A stretch of DNA of 63,889 nt, filler included, from Intoshia linei (taxonomy: Eukaryota > Animalia > Orthonectida): the NCBI GenBank assembly GCA_001642005.1. It is 6 parts of 6 records of this genome, joined end to end, with 100 filler letters (N's around TTAATTAATTAA, not from the genome) between each part and the next. Parts side by side here need not be neighbours in the genome. Positions count along the whole stretch, not along the records: positions 1 to 27,213 come from LWCA01000446.1; positions 27,314 to 39,376 come from LWCA01001131.1; 4 more parts are not named here. The stretch is one strand, 5' to 3'. How positions within the stretch are numbered: the stretch's first letter is position 1; each line of letters begins with the position of its first letter. This document shows positions 22,801 through 35,600 of the stretch, piece by piece. Position numbers and translations under genes: made by a program. The notes under the pieces were generated by a model, which was not told the origin of the DNA, did not search any database, and saw only the letters and a list, made by a program, of their open reading frames with translations.

Positions 22801-25592
22801 ACATTAATATAGTAAATTAATAAAAATCAACACAAATAAATATTATATAATTTTTTAGGTTATCCTAAGGGGAGACATGTCCCACATTTAGGAACGGCTC
22901 AGTAAATAAGAGGTAAACTAAAAATTACAACTTTTTTTTTCATATCATCTAACGTTTCAATGTTCCATTTTGATTGAATTTTCTTTTTGTTTAAAATAAC
23001 CAATTTAGTTGAAAATGTTTTTTTAATTTCCAAAATGTTCATATCAATTTTACTGGGCATGGGAATAATATCAGGACTCTATAAATGATATAATTATAAT
23101 AACAATTATAGTATATTCATGCAGGGGTCCTTATCTTTTTGACAGATGGGCACATTTTCTAATTTTAATAGTTCCGTGGGTACGAAATTTATTCTTTACT
23201 GATATATAAAATTAAATGTCTTTGACATATATTCTATGTGTGGTACCGTTTAATTAAAAAATTAACCACTTTAAAATTAAAAAACCACAATTTCTAATAC
23301 ATTTTTTCAAGTCATGTTTTATCACATTTACCTAAATGAACATTTTTTAAAAGTAAAAGAGTCCTAGAATTTTAAAAAACAAATTTTGGGACAATTTTAA
23401 AATAATTTTTAATCTACAAGAATTTATAGTTTACATTACAATAAATTTGATAGTAACAATGAAATATTTTTTTTAAAAAAAACTTAATTACGAAGACGAG
23501 GGTGAGGAGTCATGTATTTCCGTAAAATACTACATTATAATTAAATATTAATACCAAAAATATAGCTTGAATAGGTAAATAAAAATTATTTTGATATTTT
23601 TGATCCGAGCTTTTTATTTGGTATTTTAATTTTTTGTACATTTTACTGGGTTTGGTGGATGAGATACATATTTCGTAAACGCATGTTTCCAGTTTTTCTA
23701 ATTTATTTATAAAATAGAATTGATTGCATAAAATATTCATATATAACATTTATCGTCAACATAATGTCACATTATGTACAATATTAATATACTTATAACT
23801 TAAATCATGGGTAGGCAACCTTATTATGGTAACCGGCCGGACACATTAAAAATCTACAACTCACTGTTTAACAGTGACTGTTATTTAGTAAATGACAGTG
23901 GAAATAAAAATAAAGTAAATAAAGTATTCACAATTTCTGAATTTAAAAACTAAGATTTTTTTTTACTTTTTTATTGAAAATCTAAAATCTAGGCTTCAAT
24001 TTCAGAAATTGATATCTTCCTTTTATGTCAATATCAAACCATTAGTCTACTAAATGTTAGCCGTTATTTAGAAATCTCTAGGGGGTCAGCGAAAATTTTT
24101 ATGTGCGATAAGAGGTCAGTAGAGTTTCAAGTTTAATAACCAATTATATACTATTTAATTTTAATTTAAAATGTAATTATCACAATGTAAATGACGAACA
24201 TTTTAGGAATATGCAGAATTAAGGTAAACCACTAGCTATGTTGTTGGTAGATATAAAAATTTTTGCAAGAACGGCCTGCAAAATTTCTAAATTAAATGTT
24301 TTGACCCAAAACTCAATTTTTTTGAAAAAGTCTGATCTACCGAATTATTAAATATTAATTTGTTAAACATTTTTAATAAATAAATTACAGCATTCAAAAA
24401 TTACCTAATTGTCCATTTTGAGGAGAAATATTTATAATGTAGTCATCTTCACAAAATTCCCAATCAAATATTATATTTGATTCACTTTTGTTTATAACCT
24501 AAAATATAGAGTACATTATAAAATTTATGACTCTATAATATCGAAAAGTGATTCCAGACGTGACTCATATAACTGTAGTTATTTTAAACTTGAAGTTTAA
24601 AATTACATTTTGTGTAGTTACAAAAAAAATTATATAAATATTTATTAGTTTCGGTTTGAAAATTTAAATTGATGCAATGTGTATTAATTAAATTTAAATT
24701 TGTATTTACAAATACTATTATTACTATATCAAATTAATAAAATTTAACATTTTACTCACTAATTATTGATTAGGTATATAGAAATTGAGATATCGAATGG
24801 GATATGGCAGAGCCGAACCTAGTAAGCTCGAAGCCACCGCCCTAATAAACATTTTCACAGACAATTTGAAATTTTATATACCTTAACAACTTCTCTAAGA
24901 CTCTTGAGTTGACATTTTAAATTTAACACACAAAATAAAGTAGTTATGATATTCGAGAATTTGTTTAATGTTTAATTTGGTAATATGAGTTCATAATGTT
25001 ATAAAAATTTCGTCGATGCCCCGAAGGTGCGTCTCGAGTACAATAGGTTCGGCACTGGGATACGGCACGGTCCGTAAAATTATCGTAACAAAATCAGCCG
25101 TATGCTTGCTCGGGACGGTAATACCGACTTGGTATATATTTCTTCGTAATTTTATTGACCAAAATATAATATACAAAAGTTGAAATTAATAAATTTTGTA
25201 CATAATTAAGAAAAAATCAATTTTAATAACTTAATTGGTAATAATTAATCGATATTCAATCAAATAAAGTGAGCCATAATTTAATAATGACTTCAAATTA
25301 TGTTTAAAAAAAATTCAAAATATTTTAATATATAATAATAACCAGTAAATTCCCCCTACTCGAAGTGCTAAGTACCGAAGAGCGCAGTTCCATATTTATA
25401 AAACTGTAAAAATGTAAAATAACATTAGAAACAATTTTAATACATTAAATGATAAACATACCCTAAAATACAATTTTTCAGTCGTGTTAATGGGGATTTC
25501 GTTTGGAACATAAATTTCTGGTGGTACAAATTCAATTTCATATGGAACGCAACTACCCATTATATTTATACTGTTCAAAATTGTTAAATTTT
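10851..25592 (-). CDS. DLEC1: DLEC1/CFAP81 ciliary protein, 3' half (many exons; 5' part not in this contig)
   Basis: Exons read GSCVPYEIEFVPPEIYVP.., VINKSESNIIFDW.., LPIQAIFL/SPDII.., LTNHSAIASKF.., IRFGSMLSYDGVVKRSIKLTNTS/DISIDWQFY..DKDDKLV..FGDYIFP and a terminal ..SHDEKYKH*. These match DLEC1 motifs as I recall them (VRFGTQ..TRTLRLNNSS-DIRLDW..DRLV; SYDERY). Confidence 0.85.
11620..12752 (+). mobile_element. Diverged non-autonomous Helitron in a DLEC1 intron
   Basis: Reverse complement of the family body, with the 3' hairpin CTGTTTGTACGTAGTATAAAACAG at ~12722-12746. Confidence 0.7.
12987..13541. mobile_element. PIF/Harbinger-type MITE with a nested inverted-repeat element (~13097-13445)
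   Basis: TTA|GGG...CCC|TAA ends; inner AAAAAAACCCCGGGGCA / TGCCCCAGGGTTTTTTT. Related ends at ~4798 and 56095-56250. Confidence 0.5.
15109..15699 (+). CDS. Orphan secreted protein (~177 aa; exons 15109-15507, 15565-15699), nested antisense in a DLEC1 intron
   Basis: Signal-peptide-like MFVKYFTIFLLCAVSS; 57-nt phase-0 GT-AG intron; exon 2 EIREAVGRAFEKLTTELGNTDGMREIASTIIDTASRIGEISADH*; TATAAA upstream (~15047) and AATAAA at ~15753. Confidence 0.85.
16500..16920. repeat. Dispersed repeat; inverted copy at ~46615-47560
   Basis: TTAAATAAAACACCCAAACTAGGAGAAAAATGCGATTT...GATCGGGTAACTTGATTTATGGTTAG matches the reverse complement of 46615-47560. Confidence 0.75.
20062..20337. mobile_element. hAT MITE
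   Basis: TIR (T/C)AGTGGCGG..CGT / ACGAGCCGCCACTG; 8-bp TSD TTGATAAA/TTGATACA. Confidence 0.75.
20545..21296 (+). mobile_element. Internally deleted Tc1/mariner element, DD41D (rosa/Visitor) type
   Basis: TA|CAGGGTGATTG...CAATCACCCTG|TA; VMVWCAISSSGIIGPF..QQDGASAH..WPPRSPDLSPCDFFLWG; 41 positions between the 2nd and 3rd catalytic D, including one in-frame stop. Confidence 0.9.
21761..22049. mobile_element. hAT (Charlie/Buster-like) MITE
   Basis: AGCGGTTCCCAA / TTGGGAATCGCTG ends with TSD TACTATAC/TATTATAC. Confidence 0.6.
24808..25057. mobile_element. MITE family with CAG(A/T)GCCGAACCTA TIRs and ~8-bp TSD (hAT- or P-like); other copies at ~18445-18716, 20411-21459, 32358-32587, 49432-49699, 54632-54801
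   Basis: CAGAGCCGAACCTA / TAGGTTCGGCACTG, TSD GGATATGG/GGATACGG; similar ends recur at the listed sites. Confidence 0.65.
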
Positions 25593-26394
25593 CTAAATTG
25601 AAAAAAAATAATTTTAATCATAAATTATATAAATTTAATTAAAATTAAAATGAACGCTAAACATAGATTTCTGATATTTCTTTATATAAAAACAAAATAA
25701 TTTTTATTAGAAAATTTTTTTCAAACTGCACATGTGCTAGGGGTTATTTTAAGTGGGTAGTTTTAAAAAAAATTGCTCGCAAAAATAATTTTATAAAATT
25801 AAATTATTTGGTCATTTTAATCTATTATTAGAATCAAAACACAGATGATACAATAATATTTTGGAAAAAAATTATAAATCAACCAAAAATATAGAAACTG
25901 ATATATTAACACTTTCAATTTTTGAGAACCACCGGTGGTACTCAGTAAATATAGTTTGTCAGAATTTATTTACGCTTTTAAAATTTGATTTTTTTAAATC
26001 TATAATCTTTTTTTTATTATTCAAAAGTAAAGATTAAATTTATCAGTCCTAAAGAAAAAATGTACATATTAATTAAAGATTAGTCATATTCAAATATTAG
26101 ATTGTTTGAGATAGCATAAATTCAAATTGAATTGTCGATGTGTAGTAAAAATCACAACATTTCTATAACTGTGAAAGGGTTAAGGAAATTTTTGTAATAA
26201 TTAACTTTTTTCAAATTGATGTGTAGTTGTTAAAATATGTTAAAATAACGCCTGGTGTGTCCCTAAAAAAAAGTTTGACTGTCACTGACATAATGTTTAC
26301 AATTTTTTTAATTTACTCATTATTTGTATTGGTACTAATTGTAATGTTGCTCTCTATGTGTAATGGTTGATGTATCAAAAATGGGAGATAATAC

Positions 26395-27213
26395 AGTGCC
26401 GGAAAAAAGTCACCAATGAATGTTTTAGAATTTGATAAATAATTATAATATTATATTGTATATATTTAATGTTTTTAATGTATATTGAGTTATAACTCAA
26501 AAATTAGTGAATTGATTTTAAAAAGTTAAAAAATATTGACTAAACAAATAAACTATCTATTATAATAGATAGTTTGTATAATTATGCAACTGAATGCCAT
26601 TATCTGTGGTTGCTTATAATATCATTGTTTGTGTAGTTAAAAATTATTATTCAATATTTTATCGATCAAAAGTTTTGAGCCACCTACAATTTTGTGATAG
26701 ATAAACTTGTATCTATTTGAAATCATAAAATTAGAATTTTTAAAATTAACATAATGGCACGGATATTTTTCGAAATAAGAAAAAATATAATTAGCCTCCA
26801 TCAAAAATAAATTTCTCAACGTAAAATTGATATAGACTGCGGGGTTTTAAGGAGCTCAGTTCAGGGAATCATTAAAAAATTCAAGAATCAAAAATTCGTC
26901 ATAGATATGCCCGATCAGTACGTTCATGCATGTTATCGGTAAGAGATGAACGACGTTTATGCAAAGAGTCTCGTATATTCCTAGGTAAAAATGTGAAAAA
27001 AGACTCACTGGGATCTTCAGTTAGCATGTCCACTGAAACAGTAAAACGATATATCAGAAATAATGATCTATGAGGAAGAATATCAGCCAAAAAGCCATTC
27101 CTATCTAAACCTAACATAAAAAAGAGATTGTTATGGTGTCAATCTCACCTAAAATAGATCAATTTAGATTGGAATAAGGTGTTATTTACGGATGAAAGTA
27201 AAATACAACTATT
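26395..27213 (+). mobile_element. Tc1 transposon 5' part (pseudogenised transposase), cut by a gap
   Basis: TA|CAGTGCCGGAAAAAAGT terminus; translation ..TETVKRYIRNNDL*GRISAKKPFLSKPNIKKRLLWC..WNKVLFTDESK. Confidence 0.85.
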
Positions 27214-27313
27214 NNNNNNNNNNNNNNNNNNNNNNNNNNNNNNNNNNNNNNNNNNNNTTAATTAATTAANNNNNNNNNNNNNNNNNNNNNNNNNNNNNNN
27301 NNNNNNNNNNNNN
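27214..27313. other. Assembly gap with a TTAATTAATTAA linker (also 39377-39476, 58737-58836, 60408-60507, 62779-62878)
   Basis: Identical 44N + 12-nt + 44N structure at each gap; the linker puts stops in all six frames. Confidence 0.97.
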
Positions 27314-27529
27314 TACAAATAGAAGGATAATTTTTATGGATGAAAGTTATATCCATGAAAATTATAGTAGCCATTAAAGATTCGTTATATGATCCCACAG
27401 ATGATGAATATATAGAACCTCGGAAAAAGTTTAAATCCAATTAGACAAAACTAATTCTGAAAATATTTTAATCGAGATCAGATTTGTTGCAATATTATTA
27501 ATGCAAGATTAATATTACAAATCGAATTT

Positions 27530-28241
27530 TTAATAAGCGACGGTGCTGCATATTGTTTAAAGGTATGAAAGCTATTAAAGAAATAGTTTAATGGTCTGAA
27601 GCACATTGTTTGTATATGCCACAACATTCATTTATTGGCAGAAGTTAGAAAGAAATCTAAGAAAGGAAATATTTTCATAAGTTTGTTAAAAAAAGTTTTA
27701 ATAAAAAACAAAACAAACCAAATAAAATACTATGAAACAACTGATTTACCTCTTATAAAATTTCCGATACTTACAAGATGTGGTACATTTTTGGACTGTG
27801 GAAATTTTATTTTAAAACACTTTAATCTAATCAAAAACTTTGTAATATCTCTAAATGTTGATGAGAAAAAAGAGTTAATATATCTTATTAATTGAATGAT
27901 CTTTTAATAGAATTAAATGCAATATCCTCAAATCACTTTATAAGTAGCACCATTAAATTTCTGGAATCGTCTGATACCACACTTTATCAACAACTCGAAA
28001 AAGTACATTACATATCAGAGAACCTCACTGATCCAAATCTTTTATCAAGATTTAATTCTATTTTGAAAAGAAATCCTGATTTCGAATACCTTACTGATAT
28101 AATAAAAGATGAAAATGTTAAAGATATTCATATTTCATATTTATGCATAACAAATGCGTCAATAGAACGAAGATTTAATTTTCTGAAATTGCTTTTGTCA
28201 GATAATAGGCGCAGATTAAAATCAAAAAATTTATATTCGTA
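27530..28241 (+). pseudogene. Degenerate hAT-type (CGGBP1/DUF659-like) transposase remnant
   Basis: SDGAAYC..HIVCICHNIHLLAE..PILTRCGTFL..ITNASIERRFNFLKLLLSDNRRRL with stops and frameshifts; truncated by the Helitron at 28242. Confidence 0.75.
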
Positions 28242-29715
28242 CTAGCTTGGCAGTTTTGTACTACGTACAAACAGCACCTAGCTCTGCCAAGGGCAATCTT
28301 TTATTAAACCAAAAAAATAAACTCACGTTGCAAATCTAACTTAAAAATCCTACTATTAACTATTATCAATCCTTTAAAGGAGTGGAAAAATAAATTCACG
28401 TTGAAAATCTAATTTAAAAATCCTACTATTCACTATTATCAATCCTTTAAAGGAGTGGTTCCCAAATTTGTTTCAGGTGGAACCATCGTATCACATTACT
28501 TTTTACTTTAAAGTGAATTATTCCATCTTAATTTTGTTTTGTTAACATTTGCGTAAANAATTATTCCATCTTAATTTTTTTTGTTAACATTTGCGTAAAG
28601 AATTTTAAAAACAATTGTTATCCCATTTTTTTAATTTATTAGACAGAATGTGTGTATAATATTAAAAATAAAGTAAAAACAGTCCAATCCTAATAGCACA
28701 TAATAACATAGCTTGGCTGGTTTGCAAACAGCATCTAGCTCTGCCGAGGGGGACATCTTAATTGTAACATTAAAAATTAAATCTATTATGGTTCAAATCA
28801 CTTTTACTAATCAATTAAAATAAGACTACCAAAAATGTATTACCGTACATCATATAATTGTTATTTATTTTTTTCCAGGTGATGATATTAAATTAACTAT
28901 TTTTCTTGTGAATGTTGCTTTTCTTTTTGGCATTATATTTTAAATTTAAAAAAATGAGTAAAAAAATACCACGTTTTAAGTTAGTATAAATTTAATTTTA
29001 TAGATACGTTGCTGTAGTGTCATAATTAAATGAAAATTTAATATTTAAAAATTGCGTAGCAATTAAAAAAATTCCGAAGGAATTAATTATATAGATTTTC
29101 ACCCATATTTCTTCATTGGAAATGTGTAGACGTTCAATGTACATTTTTTTTGAAATTATAGGATTAATATTTACATTTTCAATTTTTATTTATATCGCAA
29201 TATTTGAAAAATGTTGGTTGATAATATATTAAAAATTATTTTTCACCGGGAATGCGTAGATTTCTGCGGGTTGAACTTATATATTTATATAAACTGGAAT
29301 AAGCTCTATCAGAATAATTTTTTTTTTTAAATTTTCGGACCGTTAATTATTTCATATTTATTGTTTTAACAAAATATTTCAGAAAAAAAATATATGAATA
29401 CTAAAATGCTTTTTTGACCGTGAAGTCTTCACTTATTCGGATTGAAATTTAAAATATATTTAATTTGAATTTTAAAATCCGCATCAGCGTATATATTTTT
29501 TTAAATTCTCCAACTCGTTTGATTTTCAAAAGGAGGGACAACTGGAGTTTTTGACTCTTAAGATGTGAAATTGGGAGGTTGAAATTTATCTTATTATACG
29601 TCTCGGATTAAAACTGTAATTGAAATGTGGTCTTTAAAAAATTCTAAAAATGATAGTTATTTCATTAAAGTCAGACACACAAACAAAAATCGCGTAGTTT
29701 TTTATATAAGTTAAA
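28242..29715 (-). mobile_element. Composite non-autonomous Helitron with two 3'-end modules (28242 and ~28709)
   Basis: Minus strand ends GCTGTTTGTACGTAGTACAAAACTGCCAAG-CTAG|T; a second degenerate end at ~28709; family body at 29030-29715. Confidence 0.8.
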
Positions 29716-30076
29716 ATTTAATGGTAACATTTTAATGATTAAATAGATTCACACAATAGAATCACACTAAAACGTTGAACCTTACATATAACCTTTGAAC
29801 ATTACATTATCAAAAAAAATTTTTTACACTTTTGTAATTTTTTTCAGTCACTAGTTCAGTTCAGAATTTTGTTTGAAATTGTCATATAAAAATTTGTTTA
29901 GTCTAGCACCCATTCAAGCTTCTCAGCGACCATAGCGCGGTGTTTCCACTTTAAGAGTCACTGATATCAAATGATATCCATGTTAATCGATAAAATGCAA
30001 ATCTATTGGGCATTATTAACAATTTTAAATTAATTATATTACTAGCTAACACAAGTATTAAAAAATAAAGTATTAC

Positions 30077-31840
30077 TTGATCATTGAAAGATAATTTGTT
30101 GCATTTTAAAATTTGATTACTCGGTGTAACGGGGTCATAAATAATTGGAGACCCTGGAAGCATAACAGCGCAAGCCAACAATTGAAATATTTTTAGATAT
30201 ACAGTATAAACATCCGCTTCATCATCATTAATGATAGCATTATATACAACATGATGACACAATTGATGTATAAACCAAACATTCATTTTTTGAAAAACTG
30301 TAAATCGATTTTGGAAATCTTTCATAATTTTAATAATTTTCTTTGTCCTAATCAAACAGTTAAAATTTAAAAAACAATAAAAAGTTACATTTCATGACCA
30401 GAATATTCTTCAAACCATCTAAAAGTATACATTAACATTGAAATGTATATAAACCAATAATGAATAATGTAAACAAAATTTTAAATAATACCTGCAATGT
30501 TCAATAGCCATAAGGGATTTTGAAACCATTAGAGATGAAACTAGATAAATGTAATTTTTTTTAATCTCATAAATTATATATTACAAATGTAAATAAAATA
30601 TACCCTGCTTTTCGGGAACTAAATCAATATAATTGTTAGGGATCGTTGAAACGTAAATGTAAACAATACTCGTTTCAAATGTAATAATCAATCCTCCGTC
30701 AAAGTCATCCACTGTCATATCTATTTAAAATTATATTCTTGTAGTAACGTTTTGTACAACTCAAAATGACGGACATTTTTTAAAAATGGATATAAAACTA
30801 AATTTAAATGAGTACAGTCGGCCGCTGACTATTTGATAGGGTTCATGGGATTTATATCCTGGAAATAGAAATACACGATAAAAAGATTGCCTATCCTACT
30901 CAATAGATATTATAAATACCATTATATTTTTCATCCTGCTTTTTAAAATACATTAAAATGTTGTTTTTTATGTCATTAACAGTTTCAACTAAAATATAAT
31001 CATTTAGGGTAAAGGTTAAATTTACAGGTTGGCAATTTCCCCAAAACTATGACAACATCAGCAGAGATTTTAGTTTTAATCATTGTTTCCATTTTGAATG
31101 ATCCAACTACTTTAATTTCCTCAATTTCCTACAAATAACATTAAATTAATTAAGATTAATTAAAAAATTTTTATTACAACAAAAGGATCGTTATTTTTCG
31201 TTCCGAGTACATCAAAAGAAGAAATGACGAGTGGAACCATAATTGTCAATTGATCAGCAACTTCTTTTTCTGGTTCAATTTGTGCAAGTCTATTAGAAAC
31301 ACACTAAAACACAATATTTAATGGAGTCATTTACAAATAATCCCCTAAAACATTTTTCAGGTTAGGGTGTCAATATAGGCCACTTTTACGGTTATATGAT
31401 TCATCATCATCCAATAACAGTAATTCATTTACTGTGAAACATAAATACATAACTTGACAACTTGAACAAGTTTATATTTAATGGAAGGTAAATATACTCA
31501 AAATAAAAACTAAACAGTGCAAATTACCTCTTCTAAAATGTTTGCCTGTTTAATAAAATTTTCATCTCGATTTCGACAAGTCAACACATTTGATATCTAA
31601 AATAACTAATATCTAAACTAAATTAGTTTCATACCGAGTACAAATCAAAGGGAATTGTTGAATATACTCGACTTCTAAAGATGAAATTACTCGAAATATA
31701 AAAAATAGTTTTATACAAAATATTGTAGTTTGAAATTACGCAAAATCTAGTCTTTTTGGCAATTTTGGTTTAGGAGAATATGTATAATTTAGCACTTTGC
31801 GCCCACTGAAACGTTTTCGATTAGCAAATCTGTTTCGCAT
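30077..31840 (-). CDS. ILF2: Interleukin enhancer-binding factor 2 (NF45, DZF domain); terminal exon unresolved
   Basis: Exons give STIPFDLYS, EIEEIKVVGSFKMETM..ADVVIVLGKLPT, VSTIPNN, IEHCRWFEE, KIIKIMKDFQNRF..QLLACAVMLPGSPIIYDP, collinear with ILF2 (IPFDFY, IEEVRQVGSYKKGTM, RHARWFEE, QILAAGLFLPGS..DP). Confidence 0.88.
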
Positions 31841-32655
31841 AGTATATGATTCTTAGTTTGAATTTATAAAATTTTAGAATTTGATATTTTTGTAGTAAAC
31901 TAAAATTTATTTTTGTTTAACTATAACTACAATGCATTTATATGAATTTTAAAATTTTTAGTTTTATGATGATACAATTGCACTTTGTTGTATCAGTTGA
32001 TATGATTACTGTGTTAATTTTATAATACATTGTACAATGTACATTTTGGATAAATTAAGTATTCGGGATTTTCATTTATTCAGATTGATGACTACCACCT
32101 TAATACGACATGTACATTGTACAACCTTTTATTTTGGCAAAAATGTAGTTAAATTTTATTTTGTTTTTTTAATATGATTCTCAACTTTATTACAACTAAT
32201 TTACTAAAAATTCCAATAGTTTTTCATAATTTTAATACAACATGATGTTATGATTCAATGAGCAGGTAATCACGTTTGTTTGTAGACTAAAGTCGCCCAT
32301 ATAAATGTCGTTACTAATATGCGAGGTTCAGGCTAAAGATTATCCATAACAAATGATCAGATCCGAATCTACTAAGGCTTAGTCTAAGCTCGAGGTAACC
32401 CAAAATGAAAAATAGACCGCAAATAATGGACCACTAAACAATATCGACATCTACAGGGGTCTGATATAATATTGAACAATATAACTATTTTAAATGTTTA
32501 ATTTGGAAAAATTATGCAGTCATTTAACAAACAATTCATATACACATAACCCCTCCCCTCTAGGTGGGATTTCGTTACTTTCGGCTATGATTCCATCCAC
32601 CCAGTTGTAATTGCATTTCGTCTCTACGAAGAAGTATTAATACATTTTTGTTTAG

Positions 32656-35600
32656 TGAATATCGAATAAAACCAACTGAGAAGGACGAACTTTGGGCTAT
32701 ATATAATGTTGTCAGAGTTGGAGATGAAATAACAACTACAACATTAAGGTAGATAGTTTATTTAAATTATAAAAGGTATACATACAGTCGTACTCACCTA
32801 TAATTAATCTTCATAATAAATAAATAAAAAATGTGCATTGAACGTCATATGTTTCAATGAAAAAAATTCCGAAGGAATGAATTATATAGATTTTCATTCA
32901 TATTTCTTTATTGGAAATGTGTAGACGTTCAATGTACATTTTTTTTGAAATTATAGGATCAATATTTACATTTTCAATTTTGATTTTAATTGCAATATTT
33001 AAAAAAATATGTTTTGATAATATATTAAAAATTATTTTTCACCGGGAATGCGTAGATTTCTGGGGTTGAAATTTTGTATTTATATCAACTGGAATAAGCT
33101 ATATCAGAATAATCTTTTTTTTAATTTTTGGATCGTTAATTAATTCACATTTTTGTTTTAATAAACTATTTCAAAAAAAATATATGAATACTAAAATGCT
33201 TTTTTGACCGTGAAGTAGTGATTGTAATTTCCCGGGAAATGACAAAAGTCGAGAACCGGGGAAATTTAATTTTTAATTACCCGGGTCCTAGGAAAAATAA
33301 AAAATTTTTATTCATATAAAATAGAAGCATTAAAAATTTTAGAGACCTTAATTAATTTTAGAAACAAAAAGAAATTATATTTGATTACTAGATTGAAATT
33401 TACAAATTTAATTAGAAAAAATTTATTTATTTTAGATGGTTAAAAAAGTGTTTCAAAACGTTTAATATTGATAGATTTGTCTTTTAAACGCGTTCTATGT
33501 TTTGTAACGAAATTAGAAGCAGTAGAGAAATTTCTTTCATTATGTGTTGACGTAGATTGAACGGTCATAAGAGTTTCCTTTAATTCTAACAATCTTGATG
33601 ATAGCGTTCCAGTTCGTAATAACTCATAATATTTTTCAAAATAATATTGGAAAAAGAGGATAATTCCCTCAAGATTTAGTAATTTGTGGTTGATATAAGG
33701 GGTTTTTAAAAAAGTATTGGAAAAAGGATATTTTTTCATTAAGAACTGGAAATTAGATTTTTTATTTGTGATTCGATGAAGTGGATTTTTTTCATAAGAT
33801 TTCGTAAAATTGGATTTTTGAAAAGAATATCGGTGTAAGTCAATTTTTCCGATAGGCCATAGGCCAATAGAAATGGGGACTTATAAAATTCTAAGACTGG
33901 TAGTTATTGAAATAAACTATAACAAAATATTATATAATGAAGGATTATATAAAATTGTATATATACAAAAATAGATACAGTCAAACCTCAATTTAACGAA
34001 AAAATAAAATATTAATAATTTATGGGTATACTGGTACTATAAAAAATTAAATTTATTACGAACAAACTTTTTCAAAAATTATTTATTTTTATTATTATTT
34101 ATTTTTTTACCTTGAGGACAAATTCATGTTTGTTAATTTTGCAACCGCTGAAATCGAAAAACTAGTATATGAGAGGTTTGTTCGAAAGAGATTCAAAAAT
34201 TTTATTATTTCAGAAAATATGATTCAAACAATGGCTCGTAAAATCGGGAAACGGCTAAAAAACCCAAATTCAGAGCTTTAAATGGTTGGTTTTCCTGTTT
34301 TCAAAAACGTCATAATATTTGTTCTCGTGTTATTAGTGGTGAACCAGATCTGGTGACTACAGGTTAATTTGAAGTGTTTTCAGATTTTTTAGAAGTAAAG
34401 AAGAGAAATATAGTCCTATTGACATTGATAATTGCAATGAGACAGGCCTGTTTTTCAAAAATTCTAATGTTAGAACATACGTTTTATCAAATAGTGATAA
34501 ATCTTGTGGAAAATAATGGAAATGTCACAAATGAATTCCGTGCGTATGATGAAAACGACTATAGTGACGATGAATTCATCGATTCTTTGATACCGCTCAT
34601 AGAAGAAGACACCAATCATAAAGACAGCATTGATTATTCTACCTGTAGTGAAATCGACATAAAAGATGAGATTATATCTAGAATGTATTGATAAACTAGA
34701 AAAATTCTTTATTTTTGATAACTTAAATGGCTTAATCGCATTATAAACAAATGTTAACGGTGTAAAAAACTATATTAAAAAAAAGACCAAAAACAATGTG
34801 ATTTTTATAAAAAATAAATTAATTAAAAATTAATTTGTTTGTTTATTAACTTTTTTTAACGAACAAGAAATTTTAATGTAAGTTGCTGTTTGTTAAATTG
34901 AGGTTTGACTGTATATATAAGTTTTAGGACGTCTACTTAAATCCTACCATTTTTACTAAAAATGAAAATTTACCACCAATTGATGGAAAAATCCACTTTT
35001 ACCCTTATTGAATTGAAATAGTGTATATTTTATGTATTGCATGGTTGACTGTGATATTATATAAATATGTAATTACGCAAAATTTATAAAATTACATAAA
35101 CTATTTTATAAAAGATATATAATAGAATATTCCACTTCAAAAAATATAGTACAAGTAATTTGTCAACTAAGTAAAAAAAATTCAAAGCACAATTTAATTA
35201 TTACTTTTGACAGTTCTATATATTTCTATAATGTACAGATATGGATTTTCTCTTAAGGATTGTTATACTGAATTTTTCCTTTTAGGTTTGATAAAACTGG
35301 ATTTTTCACTAAAGGGTTGATAAAAGTGAAATTTTCTCGTAAGGGTTGATAGAAGTGTATTTTTCGATAATGGTTGCTAAATTGTGATTTTTAGTAAAAA
35401 TGGTTGAATTTAAGAATATTCTCTATTTTTTTTTATAACAGAACTAAAAAACTTGAAGGTTTAAATGGAAAAGTCAACAAAGGAAAAAAAGTCGTAACAA
35501 AATTAACGTTATCTATAACCTCAACTGAATATGACAATGAAGTTAACCAATTGAGAGCAACCGGTAGAAATGTAGTTCAAAACGATTTAGTTGCAGTAAA

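Noticed and set aside
27258-27269. TTAATTAATTAA motif repeated five times
   Set aside because: Always centred in identical N-runs; an artificial scaffold linker. ORFs ending in XXX-LIN are artefacts.
28515-28600. ~42-bp tandem duplication around a single N
   Set aside because: Likely a contig-overlap artefact.
35260-35410. CRISPR-like periodic repeats
   Set aside because: Contiguous degenerate units without unique spacers, eukaryotic context, no cas genes.
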